From NCBI GenBank assembly GCA_963825055.1, contig CAWGSK010000013.1, positions 64,001-128,000 of the forward strand: a stretch of DNA of 64,000 nt, written 5' to 3'. How positions within the stretch are numbered: the stretch's first letter is position 1; each line of letters opens with the position of its first letter. The translations under genes and the position numbers were made by a program. Below are positions 42,128-50,960 of this stretch, piece after piece. The notes beneath the pieces were generated by a model, which saw only the letters and a program-made list of their open reading frames with translations, was not told the DNA's origin and made no database searches. The stretch is from an uncultured Gemmatimonadales bacterium. GTDB lineage: Bacteria > Gemmatimonadota > Gemmatimonadetes > Gemmatimonadales > GWC2-71-9.

Positions 42128-43472
42128 GCGACCGCACCAGCTCGTCCACCCGGCCAAGCCCGATGAGTTCGATGCCGCCCGTCTGGGTACTGCTCCGGTC
42201 CGAGACGTACACGCGGCGGAATCCGAGGCGCGCCGCCTCGGCGAGTCGACGGTCGAGCCCCGCGATCGGCCGCACCTCACCACCCAGGCCGATCTCGCCC
42301 AGGAAAAGCGCGTCCACCGGGGCGGCGCGGTCCTGCAGGCTGGACACCAGGGCCGCGGCCACGGCAAGATCGGCACCCGGCTCGGTGATGCGCACGCCCG
42401 CGCTGGCCTGCACGAAGACGTCCAGCGCGCTGAATGACATGTTCGCGCGCCGCTCCAGCACCGCGAGGAGCACGGCAAGCCGTTTCTGGTCGAGCCCGGT
42501 CGCCACGCGCTGCGGCGTGCCGTATCCGGAGTGCGCGGCCAGGGCCTGGATCTCCACCAGCACCGGGCGGGTGCCTTCCATGAGGGCCGTGACGGCGCTG
42601 CCGCTGATGCCGGGGGCGCGCGCGCCCAGGAAGAGCGCGCTTGGGTTGGCCACCGGAACGAGACCCTGCTGCCCCATCGCGAACACGCCGAGCTCGTCCA
42701 CGCTGCCGAAGCGGTTCTTGGTGGCGCGGAGCAGGCGGTAGTCGTGACCGCCCTCGCCCTCGAAGTAGAGCACCGTGTCCACGATGTGCTCGAGCGTCTT
42801 CGGACCCGCGATCCCGCCGCCCTTGGTCACGTGCCCGACTGTCACGACCGCGGTGCCGGTCTCCTTGGCGAAGCGCATGAGGCGGGCGGCACACTCCCGT
42901 ACCTGGCCCACGTTGCCGGGGGCGCCCTCGAGCGTCTCGGTGTAGACGGTCTGGATGGAGTCGAGCACGAGCACGTCGGCGGGGAGCTGGGCCGCGGCAT
43001 CCAGGATGGCCTCGAGACGGGTCTCGCCCATCACGTGCACGGCGCCCGCGTCCTCGGCGAGGCGCGCGCCGCGCAGGCGCAGCTGGTCGGGCGACTCCTC
43101 CCCGCTGGCATAGAGCATCCGGCGGCCGGCGGCCTCCAGCCGCGCCGAGGTCTGAAGCAGCAGCGTGGACTTGCCGATGCCAGGTTCGCCGCCCACCAGG
43201 ATCATCGAGCCGGGCACGATCCCGCCGCCGAGGACGAAGTCGAATTCGTCCAACCCGGTCTTCCACCGCTCGAGTGCCGGCTCGGCGATGTCCCGCAGCC
43301 GGTTGACCGGGGCGCCCTCACGCCCGCGCGAGGCCCGGCGCGCCGGCTGCAGTGCCAGCGGCTCCTCGGCCACGGTGTTCCAGGCCCCGCATCCTTCGCA
43401 GCGGCCGGCCCACTTGGGATGGTCATGGCCGCACTCCGTGCACCGGTAGACCGAGCGGGCCCGTGCCATCAC
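42117..43472 (-). CDS. radA: DNA repair protein RadA/Sms
   Basis: CTECG..KWAGRCEGC, GEPGIGKSTLL, KNRFG. Confidence 0.97.
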   Translation of the reverse strand: MMARARSVYRCTECGHDHPKWAGRCEGCGAWNTVAEEPLALQPARRASRGREGAPVNRLRDIAEPALERWKTGLDEFDFVLGGGIVPGSMILVGGEPGIGKSTLLLQTSARLEAAGRRMLYASGEESPDQLRLRGARLAEDAGAVHVMGETRLEAILDAAAQLPADVLVLDSIQTVYTETLEGAPGNVGQVRECAARLMRFAKETGTAVVTVGHVTKGGGIAGPKTLEHIVDTVLYFEGEGGHDYRLLRATKNRFGSVDELGVFAMGQQGLVPVANPSALFLGARAPGISGSAVTALMEGTRPVLVEIQALAAHSGYGTPQRVATGLDQKRLAVLLAVLERRANMSFSALDVFVQASAGVRITEPGADLAVAAALVSSLQDRAAPVDALFLGEIGLGGEVRPIAGLDRRLAEAARLGFRRVYVSDRSSTQTGGIELIGLGRVDELVRSLAA

Positions 43473-44857
43473 TCCTCCGCCCGGTCGGTGAAGTTGTCGA
43501 ACCGGGTGAACGCCTTGTGGAAGAAAAGCTCGACCGTGCCGGTGGGCCCGTTCCGCTGCTTGCTGATAATCACCTCTGCCTTCCCCTCAAGGCCTTCCTG
43601 CCGGACCTCCTCAGGGGGCTTGTACATCTCGGGCCGGTGAATGAAGAGCACGAGGTCCGCGTCCTGCTCGATCGCGCCGGAGTCGCGCAGGTCGGAGAGG
43701 ATCGGCCGCCGGTCGCCCCCGCGCTGCTCCGTCGCGCGGGACAGCTGGGAGAGCGCGACCACGGGCAACGCGAGCTCCCGCGCGAGCGCCTTGAGGCTCC
43801 GGGAGATCTCGGAGATCTCCTGCACCCGGTTCTCCGCCTTCTCCGGGCTCCGCATCAGCTGGAGGTAGTCCACGATCACGAGGCCGATGTCATTCTGCGC
43901 CCGCAGGCGCCGTGCCTTGGATCGCATCTCGAGCAGCGTGAGCGCCGGCGTGTCATCGATCCAGATGGGACAGCGGTGCAGGATGCCCGCGGCGCGCGCG
44001 AGGTTGGTGAAGTCGCTGTCCCGCAGGCCGCCCCGGCGCACCTTCTGGCCGTCCACCCGCGCCTCGGAGGCGAGGAGCCGCTGCACCAGGCTTTCCTTGG
44101 ACATTTCGAGGCTGAAGAGGGCGACACCGAGGTCGGCCTCGATGGCCGCGTGCGCGGCCACGTTGAGGCAGAATGCGGTCTTGCCCATGGACGGACGCGC
44201 GGCAACGATGATCAGTTCGGACTTCTGGAACCCGGACGTCATTTCATCCAAGTCTACAAAACCGGTCGGGACGCCCGTGACCGTTTTCCCGCTCTTCTGG
44301 AGCGTTTCGATGCGCTCGATCGTATCCGAAAGCATCTCCTTGATCCGGGTGAAGCCCTGCTCGTGCCGCGTCTCCGCAATCTGGAACACGCGCGATTCGG
44401 CCACGTCCAGCAGCTCGTTGGCCGTGCTGCGCTGTGCGTACGCCTCGCCGATGATATTGGTGGCGGTCTCGATCAGCCGGCGCACGACAGCCTTGTCGCG
44501 GATGATCTTGGCGTGCGCCTCGAGGTGTGCCGTGGACGTGACGGCGTCCATGATCTCGGCCAGGTACTCCACGCCGCCCGCGTGGTCCAGCTCGCCCTGG
44601 CGCTGCAACTCGTCCCGCAGCGTGACCGGGTCGATCACGACGCTCTGCTGCACCAGCCGGGACATGGCGCGGAACAGCCGCCGGTGCCCCTCGTGGTAGA
44701 ACATGCTCTGGTCGAGCAGTTCCGCCGCGCGAAGCGCCGCGTTCTGGTCCAGCATCATCGCCCCGAGGACCGCCTGTTCCGCGGCGTTGTCCCAGGGGGG
44801 CGTGCGGCCCGGGAGGCTGTCAGGCCTCGAGGAGCTGACGGGCGATACGGACGTCAT
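43469..44857 (-). CDS. dnaB: Replicative DNA helicase
   Basis: AEQAVLG, AARPSMGKT, DYLQL, SDLRDSGAIEQDAD, KQRNGP. Confidence 0.97.
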   Translation of the reverse strand: MTSVSPVSSSRPDSLPGRTPPWDNAAEQAVLGAMMLDQNAALRAAELLDQSMFYHEGHRRLFRAMSRLVQQSVVIDPVTLRDELQRQGELDHAGGVEYLAEIMDAVTSTAHLEAHAKIIRDKAVVRRLIETATNIIGEAYAQRSTANELLDVAESRVFQIAETRHEQGFTRIKEMLSDTIERIETLQKSGKTVTGVPTGFVDLDEMTSGFQKSELIIVAARPSMGKTAFCLNVAAHAAIEADLGVALFSLEMSKESLVQRLLASEARVDGQKVRRGGLRDSDFTNLARAAGILHRCPIWIDDTPALTLLEMRSKARRLRAQNDIGLVIVDYLQLMRSPEKAENRVQEISEISRSLKALARELALPVVALSQLSRATEQRGGDRRPILSDLRDSGAIEQDADLVLFIHRPEMYKPPEEVRQEGLEGKAEVIISKQRNGPTGTVELFFHKAFTRFDNFTDRAEE

Positions 44858-45596
44858 CCCAGGTGGGCTTCTTCCAGTGCGGGTTGCGAAGGAGGGCCGC
44901 CGGATGGTAGGTGACCACCAGCGGTATGGCCCCGTAATGGTGAACCTTGCCCCGGAGCTTGCCGAGCGAGGTGTTGATGCTCAAGAGGTGCCGGGCCGCC
45001 ACCGACCCGAGCGCGACCAGCACCTTCGGCCGGACCAGCGCGACCTGGCGGTGCAGGTACGCCAGGCAGGTCGAGGCTTCCTCGGGCAGGGGGTTCCGGT
45101 TCCGGGGAGGGCGGCATTTGACGATGTTCGCGATGTAGACTGACTCGCGCGGGAGGTCGATCGAGAGCAGGATCCGGTCGAGCAGCTCGCCGGCGCGGCC
45201 CACGAACGGCCGCCCGGTCTCGTCCTCGGTCTGGCCGGGCCCCTCGCCCACGAGCATGAGGTCCGCCTCGGGGTCGCCCTCGCCGGGCACCGCGTTGGTC
45301 CGGGTGCGGCCCAGGGGACAGAGACCGCACTGCCGCACCATGTTGCCCAGTGCCTCGAGCGAGTCGAGGGCGGCGACGGCCGCGGGAAGGGCCGGGGGCG
45401 GCTCCACCCGGATGCCGTCGCCCGGAATGGGCGGAGCCCCCTCGCGCCAGGCGCTGCCGTCCACCTTCGCCGCAGGGCCCGCCTCCCGCGACGCCGCCGC
45501 GCGAGTCGCGGGGGTGGCACCGGGTTCCCGGAGCACCAGCTCCGCGCCACCCAGTTCCACCTGCTGGCGGAGGTATCGTCGCAGGCTATCGGTCAA
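44820..45596 (-). CDS. Uracil-DNA glycosylase family 4
   Basis: C..C.L, GEGPG.TEDETGRPFVG.AG, KCRPP.NR, YHPAALLR. Confidence 0.93.
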   Translation of the reverse strand: MTDSLRRYLRQQVELGGAELVLREPGATPATRAAASREAGPAAKVDGSAWREGAPPIPGDGIRVEPPPALPAAVAALDSLEALGNMVRQCGLCPLGRTRTNAVPGEGDPEADLMLVGEGPGQTEDETGRPFVGRAGELLDRILLSIDLPRESVYIANIVKCRPPRNRNPLPEEASTCLAYLHRQVALVRPKVLVALGSVAARHLLSINTSLGKLRGKVHHYGAIPLVVTYHPAALLRNPHWKKPTWDDVRIARQLLEA

Positions 45597-46785
45597 GGCG
45601 TTCCTCGATAAGGTCGAACAGGACCCCGGCAACGTCCCGCTTCGACTGCAGCGGAAGGTCGCGCTCGCTCCCGTCGGGAAACAGGACGGTTACACGGTTC
45701 GTGTCGCCCTCGAAGCCCGCCCCCGGCTCCAGGGCATCATTGAAGACGATGAGGTCGAGCGACTTCTTCCTGAGCTTCTCCCGGGCCCGTTCCAGGCCGC
45801 CGCCGGTCTCCAGGGCAAAGCCCGCGGTGAACGCGCCCGCTTTCCGCCGGTCCCGGGTCATCTGCAAGATATCAGGGGTGGGGCCGAGCGTGAGGCTGAG
45901 GTCTCCGGCGGCGCGGGGCTGCTTGGCGGCGGCGGGATTGACCGGCCGGTAGTCGGCAGGCGCGGCTGCCATGACCGTCACATCCGCCGACCCGATCGCG
46001 GCCGCCACCGCGTGTGCCATCTCCTCCGTCGTCTCCACCCGGACCAGCTCGACCCCGACGGGCGGCGTCAGTTCCACGGGGCCGCTCACCAGTACCACGT
46101 CGGCGCCACGCCGCCAGGCTTCCTCAGCCAGCGCATAGCCCATCCGCCCGCTGGAGCGATTGGTGAAGATCCGGACCGGGTCCATCGCCTCGCGGGTCGG
46201 GCCGGCGGTGACCAGCACCCGCCGGCCCGCCAGGGCCCCCGGCGTTGTCATGAGCCGCGCCGCGTGCGCCAGGATCGTCCCGGGCTCGCTCATCCGGCCG
46301 GGCCGTTCCGAGGGCCCTTCGGCGAGCGCCCCGACCTCGGGCCCCACCACCGCCATGCCCAGCTGCCCAAGCCGTCGCAGGTTGGCCTGGGTGGCGGGGT
46401 GTGCGAACATGTCGTCATTCATGGCCGGGGCCAGGAGGACCGGGGCAGTCCGGGCGAGCAGGAGCGTCGTAAGGAAATCGTCGGCCAGGCCCTGGGCCGC
46501 GCGCGCCAGGAGGTGCGCGGTCGCGGGGGCGACGATAATCAGGTCAGGGTCGCGGGCGAGGCGGATGTGGTCGAGGGCGCGCCCGGGGCTCCAGAGGGAA
46601 TCGGCTACCGGCCGACCCGTCAGGGCCTCGAACGTGAGGGGCCGCACGAACTCGGCGGCCCCACGGGTAAGGATGACGTCCACGCGCGCCCCGGCCTCCG
46701 TAAGCCGGCGGGCGAGATGGCAACTCTTGTAGCTCGCGATCCCGCCCGACACGCCGAGGACGACGTGGCGGCCGGCCCAGGTCAC
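45586..46785 (-). CDS. coaBC: Bifunctional phosphopantothenoylcysteine decarboxylase/synthetase
   Basis: GGIASYK, APAMN, TAGPTRE..DPVR..NRSSG.MG, GFALET. Confidence 0.96.
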   Translation of the reverse strand: MTWAGRHVVLGVSGGIASYKSCHLARRLTEAGARVDVILTRGAAEFVRPLTFEALTGRPVADSLWSPGRALDHIRLARDPDLIIVAPATAHLLARAAQGLADDFLTTLLLARTAPVLLAPAMNDDMFAHPATQANLRRLGQLGMAVVGPEVGALAEGPSERPGRMSEPGTILAHAARLMTTPGALAGRRVLVTAGPTREAMDPVRIFTNRSSGRMGYALAEEAWRRGADVVLVSGPVELTPPVGVELVRVETTEEMAHAVAAAIGSADVTVMAAAPADYRPVNPAAAKQPRAAGDLSLTLGPTPDILQMTRDRRKAGAFTAGFALETGGGLERAREKLRKKSLDLIVFNDALEPGAGFEGDTNRVTVLFPDGSERDLPLQSKRDVAGVLFDLIEERLDR

Positions 46786-46988
46786 GCGTCCGTGCGCCGC
46801 CGCCGGATCAGCTTGTACGACAGATCGCCGGAGCAGAGCGCGTCCAGCGCGGTCGTGGTGAGCTTCTCCTCTGCCGCGTGGTCGTGGGGCAGCTCGTTCA
46901 GGTACCGGGCAAACCGGCCGGCAACCAGAACCGCGAGATACTTGTTGCCCGCCTCCTCGGCGGCTTCCATGGGCGTGTAGATGTGCAT
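46782..46988 (-). CDS. rpoZ: RNA polymerase omega subunit
   Basis: NKYLAVLVAG..AR; lies between gmk and coaBC. Confidence 0.85.
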   Translation of the reverse strand: MHIYTPMEAAEEAGNKYLAVLVAGRFARYLNELPHDHAAEEKLTTTALDALCSGDLSYKLIRRRRTDA

Positions 46989-47018
46989 GACTTCTCCCTC
47001 AGGGTGAACCGCCGTCGT

Positions 47019-47663
47019 TCAGGACGCCGGCAGGTGCTCCAGTTCCGTCTCCACTTCCTCGCGCAGCCGCGCGAGCGAAGCGGCCAGGTGCCGCTGCCGT
47101 GACGTCCGGAACGCCTCGGCGTCGATGATGGCGCCGGCGTGGGCGACGGCCAGCGTCAGGTCCTCGTTCACGAGCGTGTAGTCGTAGGCCATGGCCTCGG
47201 CCAGCTCCTCCCCGGCCCGCGCCAGTCGGCGGCGTACGGTCCCGGGGTGCTCGGTGTTCCGCGACAGCAACCGCCGCGCCAGTACCTTGCCCGTCGGCGG
47301 CAGCACGAAGATCCGCACGGCATCGGGATACTGCTCGCGCACCTGCCGCGCCCCGTGGATCTCGATGTCCAGGATCGGGTGATGCCCGCTTTCCATCACC
47401 CGGTCCAGCTCACTCCGCAGCGTGCCATAGAGGTGGCCGCCGTAGTCGGCCCACTCCACGAACTCTCCCGCGTCGCGACGACGCTCGAAGGCGTCCCGGT
47501 CCAGGAAGAAGTAGTCCCGGCCGTCCTGCTCGTACTCGCGGCGCGGCCGCGTCGTGGCGGAGACCGAGTACCCGAGGTCGCTGCGAACCTCCAGCAGTCG
47601 CCGGGCGATCGAGGTCTTGCCCCCGCCTGACGGGGAGGAGAGCACGACCAGGAACGGGCTCAC
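47019..47663 (-). CDS. gmk: Guanylate kinase
   Basis: SSPSGGGKT, SVSATTR.RR..E.DGRDYFF, YGT; GTG overlaps yicC stop. Confidence 0.96.
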   Translation of the reverse strand: MSPFLVVLSSPSGGGKTSIARRLLEVRSDLGYSVSATTRPRREYEQDGRDYFFLDRDAFERRRDAGEFVEWADYGGHLYGTLRSELDRVMESGHHPILDIEIHGARQVREQYPDAVRIFVLPPTGKVLARRLLSRNTEHPGTVRRRLARAGEELAEAMAYDYTLVNEDLTLAVAHAGAIIDAEAFRTSRQRHLAASLARLREEVETELEHLPAS

Positions 47664-48520
47664 TCCAGGTTTTCCAGCTGTTCCCGGAATTTTTCCAGTT
47701 CCCCTTTCATGACGATCACCTGGGCGGTGATACCGGCGTCGTTCGCCTTGGACCCCATCGTGTTCACCTCGCGCCCCATCTCCTGCGCCAGGAACCCGAG
47801 CTGCTTGCCGACCGGCCCCTTCCCCGCCAGGGCTTCCCGTGCCGCCGAGATGTGCGCGCCGAAGCGGACCAGTTCCTCGGTGATGTCCAGCTTGTCGGCC
47901 AGGAACGCGATCTCCTGTGCCACCCGGGTCTCGTCCGGACTCGCGCCATCCAGCAGTTCGCTCACCGCGGTGCGGAGCCGGTCCCGTTCGCGCACCACGC
48001 GATCCGGCGCCAGCCGCGCAATTTCCCCGGCCGCGCTCTCCAGCAGGTCCAGGCGCAGCCGAAGCTCCCCGGCCAGGGCGGCACCCTCCCGCTCCCGCAT
48101 CGCCTGACAGCCTGCCGCCGCCTCGCGCGCGGCCGGCTCCACGGCCTCCCAGGACACCTCGGGCGCTTCGGTCGGCGGCCCGGCCATCTCGGATTGCCGA
48201 AGGACCAGGGAAAGGTCGATGTCCCCGTCCAGCCGCAGCGCCTGCCGCAGTTCCCGGAGCCGGGCCACCACCGGGCGGGCACGCTCCACGTCCATGCCCA
48301 TCGCCACCCCGGTCTCCGGTGTCGAGGCCCAACGCCCCGAGACCGCGATATGGCCCCGCTCGAAGGCCCCCTTCAGGAACTCCCGGAACGGCGCCTCGAG
48401 GGCAGCCAGGTCCTGCGGGAGCTTGAGGGACAGGTTGAAGTACCGGTGGTTGACGGTCCGTATCTCGATCCGGATCCGCCCCCCGGCCACTTCCGCCTCC
48501 CCGGCCCCGAAGCCGGTCAT
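47660..48520 (-). CDS. yicC: YicC/YloC family endoribonuclease
   Basis: SMTGFG, VNHRY, DITEELVR, GKQLGFLAQEMGREVNTMGSK. Confidence 0.95.
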   Translation of the reverse strand: MTGFGAGEAEVAGGRIRIEIRTVNHRYFNLSLKLPQDLAALEAPFREFLKGAFERGHIAVSGRWASTPETGVAMGMDVERARPVVARLRELRQALRLDGDIDLSLVLRQSEMAGPPTEAPEVSWEAVEPAAREAAAGCQAMREREGAALAGELRLRLDLLESAAGEIARLAPDRVVRERDRLRTAVSELLDGASPDETRVAQEIAFLADKLDITEELVRFGAHISAAREALAGKGPVGKQLGFLAQEMGREVNTMGSKANDAGITAQVIVMKGELEKFREQLENLE

Positions 48521-48599
48521 GCTGGTGGGCAGAATCCCTCCATCCAGAAGTAGCCGTGGAAGTTAGCTGGCTTGGGGGGTGGGAGCAAATGGGAGATGG

Positions 48600-48637
48600 G
48601 TGACTAGTGACTAGTGACTGGTGACTAGTGACTAGTG
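48600..48637. repeat. Left heptamer array (GTGACTA)x5
   Basis: Directly visible; reverse complement of the 49128-49162 array with 1 mismatch over 35 bp. Confidence 0.95.
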
Positions 48638-48731
48638 CTTGAGTAGAGCGGGTCTGGTCAATATTCACTATTTGACACGACTCGCACCAAAAGGCCACGC
48701 CTGCGCTGCCCGGTTGGAACTATCCTCGACA

Positions 48732-49133
48732 ATGGTGCTGAAGCGAGTCAGGGACTTCCGGGATCTCGTTGTCTGGGACAGGTCCGTGGACTTTGCCGTC
48801 GCATGCTATCAGGCGACCCGGGGTTTCCCTCCGGAGGAAAGGTTTGGTCTCGTGGGGCAGATCAGGAGGTCAACGGCATCCGTGGCGGCGAATATCGCCG
48901 AGGGTTCGGGGAGGAGGACCACACGCGAACTCATCAACGCGCTGGGCATAGCCAATGGAGAATTGAAGGAAGCGGAGTCCCACCTGGAGATCGCCTGGCG
49001 GTTGGGGTATCTGGACAAAGCGCGTCTCGGACAGCTGCGGGAGATGGCCAGGGAAATCGGCAGGATGCTCACCGCACTTCGCCGTTCCCTCAATGGACGC
49101 TGCGGTCGCCAGTCCCACGTCACCGGCCACTAG
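48732..49133 (+). CDS. Four-helix-bundle protein (23S rRNA IVS-protein-like), 133 aa
   Basis: FRDLVVW, FPPEERFGLVGQIRRSTASVAANIAEGSGR, IANGELKE. Confidence 0.92.
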   Translation: MVLKRVRDFRDLVVWDRSVDFAVACYQATRGFPPEERFGLVGQIRRSTASVAANIAEGSGRRTTRELINALGIANGELKEAESHLEIAWRLGYLDKARLGQLREMAREIGRMLTALRRSLNGRCGRQSHVTGH

Positions 49134-49162
49134 TCACTAGTCACTAGTCACTAGTCACTAGT
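49128..49162. repeat. Right heptamer array (CACTAGT)x5
   Basis: Directly visible; contains the stop codons of both convergent genes; three degenerate units extend left to 49107. Confidence 0.95.
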
Positions 49163-50960
49163 TCCTGAACTCCCACCGTGCCCCGAACACGCTCCCGAAC
49201 CTGGGCAATGCGTACTCCGGGACGTAGGCGCGCTTTTCGCCCGACATGTTGAGACGGTCGTAGTAGAGCGAGAGGCTGCCGAGCTGGATCTCGATCAGGC
49301 CCCGGAAGTATGTGGCCCCTCCCAGGACGATGGGGCTCCCGGACGCCGTGCCGATGGTGCCGGTTCCCCAGGCCTCCATGCCAAGCTGGAGCTTGAGGTC
49401 GAAGATGCCGCTCGGGAAACTCCGCAGGAACTTCGAGCGGATGGTGGCCGTGGTGAAGGAGTGGGTGGGAGGGATGCCGTCCACCGTTGCACCAAGCGGG
49501 TCGCTGTACCAGCCCTCGAGAGTTATCCAGCTGAGCGGCGTGATCCGGGCGCGGACGGTGAGCCAGTCGGTCTCGGCGGCGGGACGCAGGGAGTCAACCA
49601 GGAGGTACGGGGTGAAGGGCCGCGCCTGGTAGGCGTGCGTCCGGCTGAGACCGGCCTCCAGCCCCAGGGGGCCGCTCTCCCAGGCGACCAGTGCCTGCAG
49701 GTCGCGCAGCGTCTGGCTGGTGTCGGACACGAGGGAGGGCTGGGCCACGACCTTCCCGATCCGCGCGTTGCCCGCCAGCACGACCCCGAACGGGAGGTTG
49801 AACCCGGCCCGCGCGCCGACCCACTGGCTGGTGCGGTCTCCGTCGTGACGCTGGTATCCGACTTCGCCACTCACGGTAAAACCCGCCACCCCGACGAGGC
49901 CGGCCCGCCCCCGCACGTCCCAGGGTGTCCAGCGCGAGCGGTGAAAGGCGGACCCGCCCACATGGAATCGCGGGGTGCGCCAGTCCGCCATCGCCCCCAC
50001 CTGGGTGACGGACTGCTCCACGCCCTCACCATCCCAGTGGCTCCGGCCGACCAGCAGTTCGAGTCGGGGGGCGGCCGGCGCAGCACGCCAGGAGACCCGC
50101 AGCTGGTTATCGCTCCGGGTGCCATCCAGCGGGAGGCCGATGGTGTCGCCCGCCGCCCGCTCGAACGCCTTTCGCTCCGGCCGCTGGCGGAGGCTCTGCA
50201 CCTGCACGCCGAACCCGTCCGATGGCACCCAGCTCCCCTGCAGCCAGTAGTTGGTCACGGTGGAGCCGCTGCTGAAGCCGCTCCCGGTAGGCGCGTCGAA
50301 GTAGTCGCCCGCGATGGCAAAGCCGAGCCCGTGCTCGAACCGGCGTTCAAGCCCGCCGGAGTACCGGGTGATGCTCCGGTCACCGCTCGCCACGCCCACC
50401 CACGAGCGCGCCGCACGGCGGTCATTCTGCCTGGTAAAGAGGTGTACACGCAGGAAGCCGGGCCACCGCTCCACCTCGATCCGCTCGATCAGGGAGAGCG
50501 CGAACAGCGATGGGTCGACGGCCAGCGTGTCCGTCCCGAGCGGGACGAACGGCAGGCCATCCACGACGTACTCGACCGACGAGGCCCCCCGCCCCTGATA
50601 GTCCGGATACTCCGGCCGGCCGAACCAGCCGCCGCGCCACAGGTAGACGCCGGGCACCCGCTGGAGGAGGTCACCCACGGTCTGGGCCATGGCCCAGTCG
50701 ATGGAATCACGGTTGATGACGATGCGGGAAAGTGGCGCGCGAGGACCCTCGATGCCGGATTGCGGCAGCACCGGCAGGACCATCGTCTCGGCTTTCTGCG
50801 CCTCGAGAAAGAGTGCCGTGCGGTCGACCGTGTCGGCGGGGATGGAATCGGCGGGAAGTGAATCGACGACCTGCGCGCCGGCGGACGACGCGGCCAGGCC
50901 GAGCAGCAGAAGGGCGAGGCCGGGGCCCCGCGCGCGATCAGCCCTGGCGCGCGAGGACAA
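49158..50960 (-). CDS. TonB-dependent-receptor-like outer-membrane protein (plug plus barrel); start uncertain
   Basis: Signal peptide; TVGDLLQRVPGV, YVVDG, IERIEV plug motifs; ends RWEFRN. Confidence 0.75.
   Translation of the reverse strand: MSSRARADRARGPGLALLLLGLAASSAGAQVVDSLPADSIPADTVDRTALFLEAQKAETMVLPVLPQSGIEGPRAPLSRIVINRDSIDWAMAQTVGDLLQRVPGVYLWRGGWFGRPEYPDYQGRGASSVEYVVDGLPFVPLGTDTLAVDPSLFALSLIERIEVERWPGFLRVHLFTRQNDRRAARSWVGVASGDRSITRYSGGLERRFEHGLGFAIAGDYFDAPTGSGFSSGSTVTNYWLQGSWVPSDGFGVQVQSLRQRPERKAFERAAGDTIGLPLDGTRSDNQLRVSWRAAPAAPRLELLVGRSHWDGEGVEQSVTQVGAMADWRTPRFHVGGSAFHRSRWTPWDVRGRAGLVGVAGFTVSGEVGYQRHDGDRTSQWVGARAGFNLPFGVVLAGNARIGKVVAQPSLVSDTSQTLRDLQALVAWESGPLGLEAGLSRTHAYQARPFTPYLLVDSLRPAAETDWLTVRARITPLSWITLEGWYSDPLGATVDGIPPTHSFTTATIRSKFLRSFPSGIFDLKLQLGMEAWGTGTIGTASGSPIVLGGATYFRGLIEIQLGSLSLYYDRLNMSGEKRAYVPEYALPRFGSVFGARWEFRN

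Noticed and set aside
47664..48698. 559-aa fusion ORF ending in guanylate kinase
   Set aside because: The upstream part is an alternative frame of yicC; gmk starts at GTG 47663.
48732..49133. Diversity-generating retroelement (Avd-like gene)
   Set aside because: No reverse transcriptase and no TR/VR pair with adenine-specific mismatches were noticed in the window.
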